DNA of 55,746 nt from Betaproteobacteria bacterium (lineage in GTDB: Bacteria > Pseudomonadota > Gammaproteobacteria > Burkholderiales > JACQAP01): NCBI GenBank assembly GCA_031406075.1, contig JANOGP010000356.1, positions 1 through 55,746 of the forward strand, in the 5' to 3' direction. Positions 29,789 to 39,950 of this stretch are shown here, one piece after another (positions within the stretch are counted from its first letter, which is position 1; every line of letters begins with the position of its first letter). The notes under the pieces are model-generated. The model was not told the DNA's origin and ran no database searches. It saw nothing but the letters and a program-made list of their open reading frames with translations. Both the position numbers and the translations under genes were made by a program.

Positions 29789-31459
29789 TCACGATTTTAT
29801 TGTTTCTTCCCATTCTTTCTCCTGTAATTCGCGCCACTGGATCTTGCCGGTGCCGGAGCGGGGTAACTGATCGGCGAATTCGACGATGCGTGGCACCTTG
29901 TACGCCGCCATGTGGCCGCGCGACCATTCGATGATGTCTTCCGCGCTCACCTGTCCCTTGCGGTCTTCCTTGAGGACGATGACCGCCTTCACGGTTTCGC
30001 CGCGGCGCGGGTCCGGCGCGGAGATCACCGCCACTTCCTTGATATCCGGGTGCTTGTAGAGCGTGGCCTCGAGTTCAGCCGGCCAGACCTTGAAGCCGGA
30101 GGCATTGATCATGCGCTTGAGCCGGTCGGCGATGTAGTAGTAACCGTCCTCGTCGACACGCCCGAGGTCGCCGGTGCGAAGGAAGGTCTTGCCTTCAATC
30201 TCGATGAAAACCGCTTCGTTCGCGTCCGGCCGCTGCCAGTAGCCTTTCATTACCTGCGGACCGTGCACCACGATCTCGCCCTGCTCGTTCGCTCCGAGCG
30301 GTTCGAGAGTATCGGGGTTGATCACCAGCGATTCGGTATCGAAAGTGGGAATGCCGAGGCACTGTTTGCGCGGCTTGTTCGGCGGGTTCATATGGGTCTG
30401 CGAGATGGTTTCGGTCATCCCGTAGGCCTCCATGTAATCGATTCCGCATAATTCATGGAGCTTTTGCGCGACCGCTTCCGGCATCGAGCTGCCGCCGCCG
30501 AATACATTCTGCAGCGAGGACAGGTTGCGGCCAGCGGTCGCGGGGTGGGCCAGCAGGTCCACCACCATCGTCGGCACGTTGGCCCAGTGTGTGCAGCCGT
30601 AACGCTCGATCATGTAGCCTGCGGCATCCGGATTCCAGCGCGGCAGGATGGCAATGGTCGCGCCCGCGTACAGAGGCGCGTTCATGCTGTGCTGCATGCC
30701 GGTGACGTGAAACATCGGTGCGGTCGCCAGTGCCACGGAATCGGCGGTGAATCCTTCCCACAGCGCCGCCCCGACCAGCGTGGTCATGATGGTGCGGTGG
30801 GTATGAATGCACCCCTTGGATTTCCCGGTGGTCCCTGAGGTGTAGAGAATCGCGGCGAAATCGTCCGCCTCGGCTGACGGTTTCAGCGGCTTGTAGGTGG
30901 CGGCTAATGCATCGGCCCACGACACGACACCGGGATCGGTGATGGCCAGGCGCGGCGCCTGCAGGAATTCCGGGATCTCCAGCGTGGTGTATTCGGTCAG
31001 GTAATCGCCGTAGGTGACGACGATCGCGTGTTTCACCTGCTTGCCCATCAGCGGCTGGATCTGCGGATACAGGTCCTGGGCGACGAAGGCGACGGATGCA
31101 CCGCCGTCTTCAAAGTAATGAACCAGTTCGTCGGTCACATGCATCGGGCTGACCGGTACCACGACCGCGCGCGCGCGCAGGATCGCGTAATAGGCGATGA
31201 TGAACTGCGGCGAATTCTGCATCTGCAGCATCACGCGATCGCCCTTGCGCACGCCGCAGCGGTTCTGCAGGAAGCCGGCGATGAGGTCGACGTCCTTCTT
31301 CAACTGGCGATAGGCAAGGCGCGTGTCATAAAAAATCGTGGCCGGTTTTTCGGGGTGACGCGCTGCCGATACCTCGAGATTGAAATGCAGTGCCGTGGCT
31401 GGCACGGTGAGGTGCCTGGGGAGGTGCTTGGGCCAGTGTTGCAGATGCCGGGCTTCCAT
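29789..31459 (-). CDS. Long-chain-fatty-acid--CoA ligase family protein
   Basis: YTSGTTGKSKG, YGMTET, RTGDLG, PRSGTGKI. Confidence 0.93.
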   Translation of the reverse strand: MEARHLQHWPKHLPRHLTVPATALHFNLEVSAARHPEKPATIFYDTRLAYRQLKKDVDLIAGFLQNRCGVRKGDRVMLQMQNSPQFIIAYYAILRARAVVVPVSPMHVTDELVHYFEDGGASVAFVAQDLYPQIQPLMGKQVKHAIVVTYGDYLTEYTTLEIPEFLQAPRLAITDPGVVSWADALAATYKPLKPSAEADDFAAILYTSGTTGKSKGCIHTHRTIMTTLVGAALWEGFTADSVALATAPMFHVTGMQHSMNAPLYAGATIAILPRWNPDAAGYMIERYGCTHWANVPTMVVDLLAHPATAGRNLSSLQNVFGGGSSMPEAVAQKLHELCGIDYMEAYGMTETISQTHMNPPNKPRKQCLGIPTFDTESLVINPDTLEPLGANEQGEIVVHGPQVMKGYWQRPDANEAVFIEIEGKTFLRTGDLGRVDEDGYYYIADRLKRMINASGFKVWPAELEATLYKHPDIKEVAVISAPDPRRGETVKAVIVLKEDRKGQVSAEDIIEWSRGHMAAYKVPRIVEFADQLPRSGTGKIQWRELQEKEWEETIKS

Positions 31460-31469
31460 TGAGGTCGAT

Positions 31470-33137
31470 TCAGCCGGCGAGTTTCTTGTTTTCAGCTTCC
31501 TGCAACTGCCGCCACTGAATCTTGCCGGTCGCTGATTTCGGCAGGCTGGCGACGAACTCCACCACTCGCGGGACTTTGTATGCGGCCATGCGTTCGCGCG
31601 ACCAGGCCACGATGTCTTCCTGCGTGACTTTTCCGCGGCTTGCTTCCTTTAGCACCACCACCGCCTTGACGGTTTCGCCGCGCCGCGGATCCTGCGTGCC
31701 GATTATGCAGGCCTCGTGAACGTCGGCGTGATGATAGAGCGTGGCCTCGACCTCGGCCGGCCAGACTTTGTAGCCCGATGCGTTGATCATTCGCTTGAGG
31801 CGATCGACGATGAAAAAGTAACCGTCCTCGTCGTAGTAGCCGAGGTCGCCGGTACGGAAATAGCGTTTGCCTCCGAGTTCCATGAAACTCGCCGCCGTCG
31901 CGTCCGGATTCTTCCAGTATCCGAGAAAGATCTGCGGGCCGCTGCAGACAATCTCGCCGACCTCCTTTGCGCCGAGCTCCTTCAGCGTGTCGGGGTTGAT
32001 CACCCGTGCTTCGGTCGAACAGATCGGAATGCCCAGGCATTGCTTCTTGGTGCGTTGGGGCGGGTTGATGTGCGTTGGCGCGATGGTTTCCGACAGTCCG
32101 TAGCCCTCGATGTACGAAAGACCGGTGCGATCCTGGAGACTCTGCGCCACCGCCTCGGGCATCGCCGCGCCGCCTCCGCCGATGTGCTTGATGCTGGTGA
32201 TATCGTAACGGCCGAGTTCCGGATTGGAGAGGAAGTCGATCGCCATGGTGGTGATGTTGGTCCAGCCGTCGACTTTGTGGCGCTGTATCAGTTCGGCGGC
32301 GGTGTCGCGGTCCCAGCGCGTCATCAGCGCGATGGTCGCGCCGCGGTAGATCGGCTGATTCATGCTGCATTGCATTCCGGTGACGTGAAACAGCGGCATG
32401 GTGCACAGGACCACCGAGTTGGCGTCCATTTCGACCCAGGCCGAGCCGGCAATGATCGTGCTCATCACCGTGCGATGGGTGTGGATGCAGCCCTTGGGCT
32501 TTCCGGTAGTGCCCGAGGTGTAGGGCATGACGCACATGTCGTCCGGCCCGGCGCGGTGTGGCCCGGGCGCAAGACCGGCGGCGAGGGCGTCGCTCCACAA
32601 GGTCACGCCCGGTTCACGGATCGCCTGCCGCGGCGCTGCCGCCGCTTCCGGTACCTTCAGATCGGTGGACTGGGTGAGATGATCGGAATAGGCGGCTACC
32701 AGGACGTGATCGACGCCCTTGCCGATCAGCGGGCGCAGCTGGGGAAAGACCTCCTGCCCGGTAATCGCAACCCTGGCATCGCTGTCGGAAACGTAGTGGC
32801 GCAGTTCATCGGTGAGATTCATCGGGTTCACCGGCACGGCCATCGCATCGGCGCGCAGGATCGCGTAGAACGCAATCATGAACTGCGGACTGTTCTGCAT
32901 GAACAGCAGCACGCGATCACCCTTTTGCACGCCGCAGCGGTGTTGCAGGAAGCCGGCGAGCGCATCCACCTCGCTCTTGAAAGCACGGTAGGTGAGCGCT
33001 GAACCGTAGTAGAGAAGTACGGTCTTTTCGGGTTCCCGTGCGGCCGAGCTCGCCAGATTGTGATAGACGCTGGCCCGGGGCAGCACGATTTCATGCGGCA
33101 CGTTCTCCGGCCAGAAACGGTAATGACTTGGCTCCAC
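31470..33137 (-). CDS. Long-chain-fatty-acid--CoA ligase family protein (tandem paralog)
   Basis: YTSGTTGKPKG, YGLSET, RTGDLG, PKSATGKI; GTG start after GAGGAG, aligned with the paralog. Confidence 0.92.
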   Translation of the reverse strand: MEPSHYRFWPENVPHEIVLPRASVYHNLASSAAREPEKTVLLYYGSALTYRAFKSEVDALAGFLQHRCGVQKGDRVLLFMQNSPQFMIAFYAILRADAMAVPVNPMNLTDELRHYVSDSDARVAITGQEVFPQLRPLIGKGVDHVLVAAYSDHLTQSTDLKVPEAAAAPRQAIREPGVTLWSDALAAGLAPGPHRAGPDDMCVMPYTSGTTGKPKGCIHTHRTVMSTIIAGSAWVEMDANSVVLCTMPLFHVTGMQCSMNQPIYRGATIALMTRWDRDTAAELIQRHKVDGWTNITTMAIDFLSNPELGRYDITSIKHIGGGGAAMPEAVAQSLQDRTGLSYIEGYGLSETIAPTHINPPQRTKKQCLGIPICSTEARVINPDTLKELGAKEVGEIVCSGPQIFLGYWKNPDATAASFMELGGKRYFRTGDLGYYDEDGYFFIVDRLKRMINASGYKVWPAEVEATLYHHADVHEACIIGTQDPRRGETVKAVVVLKEASRGKVTQEDIVAWSRERMAAYKVPRVVEFVASLPKSATGKIQWRQLQEAENKKLAG

Positions 33138-33298
33138 CCTGAGTTTCTCCTCGTCCTGCGTAGTCGCAAAAGGCTTTTTTGTCGTCGGGCCCGCCCTGGC
33201 AGACTCTCGCGGGCCGGTCCTTGCGGTTTCGCGACCGACTATGTTGGACATGCCTGCCGCCGAGGTCAACGCCACTCTTACGAAATAGGTAAAGTTCC

Positions 33299-33516
33299 TG
33301 AACACGGAGGACATAGAGGATTCTTCACAATACCCCCTTGAGGGGTACACGGAGGAAGAACAAAGAAAAGCGAATTGGGGTTTGGAAGAGCGTCTGTTTG
33401 TGAACCTGTGCCGCCAATATTCGTTGCGACGGATCATCAAGCAATGAAAGGCTTTTAACCCGAGTATTTTCTTTGCTCTTGCCTTTCCTCCGTGTTCTCT
33501 GTTTCCTCCGTGTTCA
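33299..33516. repeat. Family A fold-back element with 27-bp insert (33321-33347)
   Basis: TGAACACGGAGGACATAGAGGA[27]CACGGAGG ... CCTCCGTGTTCTCTGTTTCCTCCGTGTTCA. Confidence 0.9.
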
Positions 33517-33671
33517 AAGGGTTATTGTTCGCATTGCGCTGCAGCGAAGGCCGGCCCGGCGGTAACTTTACCGGTCGCAACGGTTGTGCCAGTATCCGGT
33601 GCGCGTTTCGGTACGGCGCATCCCACATCGAGGAGGGCTTGGAGTTGACGAGCACCGTGGGCAAAGAAAAA

Positions 33672-34472
33672 ATGGACAATGCCGCGCCGGAGGGCGACCC
33701 TCGCGGCCAACCTTTGTTGCGGATCTCGGGACTGAGCGTTCAGTTCGGGGGCATCGTTGCGCTGGAAGACGTCTCCTTCGACGTGATGAAGGGGCAGATC
33801 GCCGGCGTGATCGGTCCCAATGGCGCCGGCAAGACCACCCTGTTCAATTGCCTGTCGCGCCTGTATCCGTTTCAGGGCGGCAGCGTTTTATTTCGCGAAC
33901 AGCCGCTGCTCGAGGTTCCTCGCCACCGCATCGCCCTCTGGGGTATCGGCCGTACCTTCCAGAATCTCGCGCTGTTCCGGACCATGAGTGTTCTGGACAA
34001 CATCATGGTCGGCGCCCATTGCCGCAGCCGCGGCGGATTCCTCGCCAACGCCCTGCGCATGCCGGTCGTGGCGCGTGAGGAGTCCCGGGTCGAGGGTAAT
34101 GCACGGAGCCTGATCGAGCTGCTGGATCTGCAGGCGGTTGCGCGAGAACGGGTGGCGGACCTGCCGTTTGGTACGCAAAAACGCGTGGAACTCGGCCGCG
34201 CCCTGGCATCGGAGCCCCGGTTGCTGCTTCTCGATGAGCCGGCGGGCGGACTGAACCACGAGGAAGTGGATTTGCTTTCCGCGCTTATCCGCCGCGTTCG
34301 CGACCTACTGGGCGTAACGATCCTGTTGGTAGAACATCACATGGGTTTGGTGATGCAGCTTTCCGACAAGGTGGTGGCGCTCAATTTCGGCAAGAAGATC
34401 GCCGACGGTACCCCGGCGGAAGTGCAGCGCAATCCGGACGTGATCCGCGCCTACCTGGGAAAGGACGCCTGA
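33672..34472 (+). CDS. LivG-like ABC transporter ATP-binding protein
   Basis: GPNGAGKTT, RTFQN, LLLLDEPAGG, LLVEHH; start uncertain (TTG 33639/33645 possible). Confidence 0.92.
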   Translation: MDNAAPEGDPRGQPLLRISGLSVQFGGIVALEDVSFDVMKGQIAGVIGPNGAGKTTLFNCLSRLYPFQGGSVLFREQPLLEVPRHRIALWGIGRTFQNLALFRTMSVLDNIMVGAHCRSRGGFLANALRMPVVAREESRVEGNARSLIELLDLQAVARERVADLPFGTQKRVELGRALASEPRLLLLDEPAGGLNHEEVDLLSALIRRVRDLLGVTILLVEHHMGLVMQLSDKVVALNFGKKIADGTPAEVQRNPDVIRAYLGKDA

Positions 34473-35183
<711 letters not shown>

Positions 35184-35201
35184 GAGATTCGGGGAGCGGC
35201 A

Positions 35202-36074
35202 ATGGAAGCGTTTCTGCATCAGGTGTTGTCGGGACTCGCCACCGGCGGCATTTACGCCAGCCTGGCGCTGGCGCTGGTGATGATCTACCAGTCCACCAGC
35301 CATATCAATTTCGCCCAGGGCGAAATGGCGATGTTCTCGACTTATCTGGCGTGGAGCCTTGTCAACGCCGGCGTGCCCTATTGGTGGGCATTCCTGCTGA
35401 CCATAAGCATCTCATTCGCGGCCGGAGTCGTGATCGAACGCGTGATCATCCGCCCGGTGGAGCACGCGCCGGTGTTGTCGATCGTCACCGTGTTCATCGC
35501 GCTGCTGGTCATATTCAACAGCGTTGCCGGATGGATTTTCACTTACACCATCAAGACTTTTCCCAGCCCGTTCCCGGAGCAGCCGCTGTTCGGTAATCGC
35601 TTCATTTCTTCGCATGAACTGGGTGCCATTGGCATCACGCTGGCGGTGCTGGTCATGCTCTATCTGTTTTTCCGCTTTACCCCGCTCGGCCTGGCGATGC
35701 GGGCGGCGGCGCAGAACCCGGAGTCGAGCCGGCTGGTGGGAGTGCGGGTGGGGTGGATGCTGGCATTGGGCTGGGGGCTTGCGGCGGCGGTCGGGTCGGT
35801 GGCGGGCATGCTGGTCGCGCCGATCGTGTACCTGGATCCCAACATGATGTCGGGTGTGTTGCTGTACGCCTTTGCCGCGGCACTGGTTGGCGGGATCGAC
35901 AATCCGTTCGGCGCGGTATTGGGCGGTTTCGTGGTGGGTGTGCTCGAAAACCTGATGGGCGCCTACGTGATCGGCACAGAGTTGAAACTCACGGTGGCAC
36001 TGTTGCTGATCATCGGCGTGCTGCTGGTCAAACCGACCGGGTTGTTCGGAAAGGTGTTTGTTACGCGGGTGTGA
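35202..36074 (+). CDS. LivH-like ABC permease
   Basis: INFAQGE, GLAMRAAAQN, multiple TM helices. Confidence 0.93.
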   Translation: MEAFLHQVLSGLATGGIYASLALALVMIYQSTSHINFAQGEMAMFSTYLAWSLVNAGVPYWWAFLLTISISFAAGVVIERVIIRPVEHAPVLSIVTVFIALLVIFNSVAGWIFTYTIKTFPSPFPEQPLFGNRFISSHELGAIGITLAVLVMLYLFFRFTPLGLAMRAAAQNPESSRLVGVRVGWMLALGWGLAAAVGSVAGMLVAPIVYLDPNMMSGVLLYAFAAALVGGIDNPFGAVLGGFVVGVLENLMGAYVIGTELKLTVALLLIIGVLLVKPTGLFGKVFVTRV

Positions 36075-36080
36075 TGGGTA

Positions 36081-36106
36081 AGGCGAGAGGCGAGAGGCGA
36101 GAGGCG
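36081..36106 (+). repeat. Heptamer tandem repeat (AGGCGAG x3 plus partial)
   Basis: AGGCGAG AGGCGAG AGGCGAG AGGCG, just after the permease stop. Confidence 0.8.
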
Positions 36107-36274
36107 TAAAACCAGTACTGACCACTGCGTACCAAGTTTCGAGGAGAAGGCGGAAAAGCGCATTCTGATTGATTAACGGTAATCACGATACTAGCGCCGG
36201 CGTAACGTTGGCTTCGCAAACGTTAGCCTTCACTGAAACTCGGCGAGCTCGTTTTCACAACATTCACGGACTTT

Positions 36275-37294
36275 ATGATCGAAGGTGCTACCACTGCCGA
36301 TGTGCTTACTCCCCGCTACGCCGGCCTCTCGGTGCGTGTCTGGCGTGCGATCGGTTTGGCCGCGCTGCTGTGTGCTGCTGTAGCGCTGCCGTTTCTGGTC
36401 AGCAGCTATCGGGTGTTCCAGTTCAACATGGTGCTGGTCTACGCCATCGTGCTGCTGGGGCTGAACATCCTGACCGGTTACAACGGCCAGATCTCGCTGG
36501 GGCACGGCGCTTTCTACGCCATCGGCGCCTATGTCGCTGCGATCCTGATGGAACACTTTGGCTGGCCGTACTGGGCGACTCTTCCGGTGGCCGGGTTCAC
36601 CTGTTTCGTCTTTGGTTTTCTCTTTGGGTTGCCCGCGCTGCGGCTGCGCGGCCATTACCTGGCGCTGGCGACGTTTGCGCTGGCCGTGGCGATGCCGCAG
36701 ATTCTCAAATACAAACACATCGAGCAGTGGACCGGGGGCGTGCAGGGTATCGTGATCATCAAGCCACAAGCCCCCTTCGGGCTGAAGCTCACCCCTGATC
36801 AGTGGCTGTACCTGTTTACCCTGGCAATCGTGGTGATCATGTTCGTGATCGGCTGGAACCTGCTGCGCGGCCGCGTGGGACGCGCGATGGTGGCGATCCG
36901 CGACCATCCGGTCGCAGCCGAGGCGATGGGCGTGAACAGTGCGCTGTACAAGACGCTTACGTTTGGCGTGAGTGCGCTGTTTACCGGCGTGGCCGGCGCG
37001 CTCGGCGCCATCGTGATCCAGTTCGTTGCGCCCGACAGCTTCACTGCGGTACTGTCCATCAACTTCTTGACCGGCATCGTGATCGGTGGCATCGCTTCGA
37101 TCTCCGGCGCCTTTTACGGGGCGCTGTTCATACAATTCGTGCCCAATTTCGCCGACCAGATTTCGAAGGCCGCGCCTTGGGCGATCTACGGCGTATTTCT
37201 GCTTGCTTTCGTTTATCTGATGCCGACCGGGGTCGCGGGGTTTGTGCGTTTTGCATGGATGCGTGCGAGGGGAATGCTTTGGCGAAGCATGTAG
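36275..37294 (+). CDS. LivM-like ABC permease
   Basis: GYNGQISLGHGAF, RLRGHYLALAT, GRAMVAIRD. Confidence 0.93.
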   Translation: MIEGATTADVLTPRYAGLSVRVWRAIGLAALLCAAVALPFLVSSYRVFQFNMVLVYAIVLLGLNILTGYNGQISLGHGAFYAIGAYVAAILMEHFGWPYWATLPVAGFTCFVFGFLFGLPALRLRGHYLALATFALAVAMPQILKYKHIEQWTGGVQGIVIIKPQAPFGLKLTPDQWLYLFTLAIVVIMFVIGWNLLRGRVGRAMVAIRDHPVAAEAMGVNSALYKTLTFGVSALFTGVAGALGAIVIQFVAPDSFTAVLSINFLTGIVIGGIASISGAFYGALFIQFVPNFADQISKAAPWAIYGVFLLAFVYLMPTGVAGFVRFAWMRARGMLWRSM

Positions 37295-37328
37295 CGCGAA
37301 TGCACTGATTGAAATGAGGGAGGTCAGC

Positions 37329-38537
37329 ATGAAAAGCAGACTGATATTGGTACTGGGAGTGGTCGTCTGGATCGCTTTTGCTTCGGCCTCAGCACTGGCG
37401 CAGAAGAAGTATGGTCCGGGGGTGACAGACACTGAGATCAAGATCGGCAACACCAATCCCTACAGTGGCCCCGCTTCGGCGTACGGCACCATAGCAAGGT
37501 CTGAGGCTGCCTACTTCAAGATGATCAACGACCAAGGCGGGGTCAACGGGCGCAAGATCAACTTCATCAGCCTGGACGACGCCTATAGTCCACCGAAGAC
37601 CGTCGAGCAGGTCAGGCGCCTCGTGGAACAAGATGAGGTGTTGTTGTTATTCCAGAGCCTTGGAACGCCGAGCAACACCGCGATACACAAGTACATGAAT
37701 GCGAGGAAAGTGCCGCAGTTGTTTGTGGCGACCGGGGCGACCAAGTGGGGGGATCCGAAGAATTTTCCCTGGACCATGGGCTGGCAGCCGAATTACCAGA
37801 CCGAGGCACAACTCTATGCCAAATATTTGCTGCAGACCAAGCCCGATTCCAGAATCGCCGTGCTGTATCAGAACGACGATTACGGCAAAGATTACCTGAA
37901 GGGGTTTCACGATGGACTGGGGAACCAGGCCGGGAGGCTGATTGCCAAAGAGGTTAGCTACGAGGTTACCGACCCGACGGTGGACTCGCAGATCGTGACC
38001 CTTCAAGCGTCAGGAGCGGATACCCTTTTCATCGTTGCGACACCGAAGTTCGCGGCCCAAGCCATCCGCAAAGTGTATGACATGGGCTGGCGGCCGATGA
38101 CGTTTCTCAACAATGTATCGAGTTCGGTGGCCGCCGTCCTCCAGCCCGCCGGGCTGGAAAAATCGGTCGGTCTGATTACGGCGCTTTACCTTAAGGATCC
38201 TACCGATCCTCAATGGGAAGACGATCGGCCGATGAAGATTTGGCTCGCCTGGATGAAGAAGTACTTTCCGGAGGGCGATATTAATGACGGATTGAATGTT
38301 TACGGTTACGCAGTTGCCCAGACCCTGATCCAGGTTCTCAAACAATGCGGGGACGATCTGACTCGCGAGAATGTCATGCGGCAGGCGGCAAACTTGAAGA
38401 ATTTCGAGGTTCCCGTGCTGTTGCCGGAGGTGAGAATCAACACGAGCGCATCGGACTTTTACCCGGTCGAACAAATTCAGCTTGGCCGATTCGATGGCAA
38501 GCGCTGGTTGCTGTTCGGCGAGGTGCTCGGCAAGTAG
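37329..38537 (+). CDS. Liv-type ABC substrate-binding protein
   Basis: Signal peptide, EIKIGNTNPYSGPASAY, GGVNGRKI, YQNDDYG. Confidence 0.93.
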   Translation: MKSRLILVLGVVVWIAFASASALAQKKYGPGVTDTEIKIGNTNPYSGPASAYGTIARSEAAYFKMINDQGGVNGRKINFISLDDAYSPPKTVEQVRRLVEQDEVLLLFQSLGTPSNTAIHKYMNARKVPQLFVATGATKWGDPKNFPWTMGWQPNYQTEAQLYAKYLLQTKPDSRIAVLYQNDDYGKDYLKGFHDGLGNQAGRLIAKEVSYEVTDPTVDSQIVTLQASGADTLFIVATPKFAAQAIRKVYDMGWRPMTFLNNVSSSVAAVLQPAGLEKSVGLITALYLKDPTDPQWEDDRPMKIWLAWMKKYFPEGDINDGLNVYGYAVAQTLIQVLKQCGDDLTRENVMRQAANLKNFEVPVLLPEVRINTSASDFYPVEQIQLGRFDGKRWLLFGEVLGK

Positions 38538-38624
38538 CTTAACGTTGTCCACGGCGAAAATGCTGCGCGGATTGCGGCGCCGGTTGTGGGTTTGTGAGAT
38601 TGATTTTCTGAAAGGAGGAGGAAC

Positions 38625-39830
38625 ATGGAGCGCATTCATCGAGTGTTGTTTGCGGTTGCTCTCGCAGCCGCGGTTCCGCAACTAAGTCACGCGGAAAAGA
38701 AATACGATCCGGGAGTCACCGACACAGAGATCAAGATCGGCAGTACCAATCCCTATAGCGGACCGGCTTCAGCCTACGGCACCATCGGCCGGGCGGAGGC
38801 GGCTTATTTCAACATGATCAACGACAACGGCGGGATCAACGGCCGCAAGATCAACTTCATCAGCCTCGATGACGGCTACAGCCCGCCGCGCACGGTCGAG
38901 CAGGTGCGCAAACTGGTCGAGCAGGAACAGGTTCTGTTCCTGGCCGGCACGCTGGGTACGCCGCCGAACTCGGCAATCCACAAGTACATCAACGCCAAGC
39001 GTGTGCCACATATCTTCGTCAATACCGGCGCCACCAAATGGGGGGATCCGAAGAATTTTCCCTGGACCATGGGTTTCAACATCAACTACCAGGCCGAGGG
39101 TCATATTTACGCGCGGTACATCCTCGACAACAAGCCTGACGCCAAGATCGCCATCCTTTACCAGAACGACGACTACGGCAAAGACTACGTCAACGGCTTG
39201 AAGGACGGGCTTGGCGACAAGGCCGCAAAGATGATTGTGGCCGAGGCAAGCTACGAGGTGACCGATCCGACGATCGACTCGCAGATCGTCACCCTCAGGG
39301 CCTCGGGCGCGGATACCTTCTACAACGTCACGACGCCCAAGTTCGCCGCACAGGCGATCCGCAGGATTTACGACATGGGCTGGAAGCCGCTGCACATTCT
39401 CAACAACGTGTCTACGTCAGTAGGCGCCGTACTGATGCCTGCGGGCATGGACAAATCGGTGGGGTTGATCAGTGCCGTTTATCTCAAGGACCCGGTGGAT
39501 CCACAGTGGAAAAACGATCCCGGATTCAAGGAATATGCCGCCTGGTTCAAGAAGTACTATCCCGAAGGCAACATCAACGACGGCTTCAACGTGGCCGGTT
39601 ACCTGATCGCCCAGGGTGTTGTGTACGTGCTCAAGGCCTGCGCCGACGATCTCAGCCGCGAAAACGTGATGAGGCAGATGACAAGCATCAAGGACCTGCA
39701 ACTGCCGATGATGCTGCCGGGAATCAAGTGGAATACTTCTCCGGACGATTACTACCTGATCGAATCGGCGCAGCTTGCGCGCTTCGATGGCAAGGAGTGG
39801 GTGCGCTTCGGCAAGATCATCGGGAAATGA
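38625..39830 (+). CDS. Liv-type ABC substrate-binding protein (tandem paralog)
   Basis: Same motifs as 37329-38537; AGGAGG RBS. Confidence 0.93.
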   Translation: MERIHRVLFAVALAAAVPQLSHAEKKYDPGVTDTEIKIGSTNPYSGPASAYGTIGRAEAAYFNMINDNGGINGRKINFISLDDGYSPPRTVEQVRKLVEQEQVLFLAGTLGTPPNSAIHKYINAKRVPHIFVNTGATKWGDPKNFPWTMGFNINYQAEGHIYARYILDNKPDAKIAILYQNDDYGKDYVNGLKDGLGDKAAKMIVAEASYEVTDPTIDSQIVTLRASGADTFYNVTTPKFAAQAIRRIYDMGWKPLHILNNVSTSVGAVLMPAGMDKSVGLISAVYLKDPVDPQWKNDPGFKEYAAWFKKYYPEGNINDGFNVAGYLIAQGVVYVLKACADDLSRENVMRQMTSIKDLQLPMMLPGIKWNTSPDDYYLIESAQLARFDGKEWVRFGKIIGK

Positions 39831-39840
39831 TATTAACGGC

Positions 39841-39861
39841 AGTGAGGGGTGAGGAGTGAGG
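39841..39861 (+). repeat. Heptamer tandem repeat (RGTGAGG x3)
   Basis: AGTGAGG GGTGAGG AGTGAGG, 10 nt after a stop codon. Confidence 0.7.
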
Positions 39862-39950
39862 AGGTGACGTAGGCACCACACATCATCGATCGGCCCCGGG
39901 GCGCAAGTTATACTGCGCATCGTTCATAAAAATGAATGTGGAGGCGGACG

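Noticed and set aside
31470-33440. Long N-terminal extensions in the ORF track (also 9728, 33492, 28049, 13919, 42401, 53836)
   Set aside because: The extensions run through repeat elements, intergenic DNA or neighbouring genes; downstream starts match paralog or family N-termini and mostly have an RBS.
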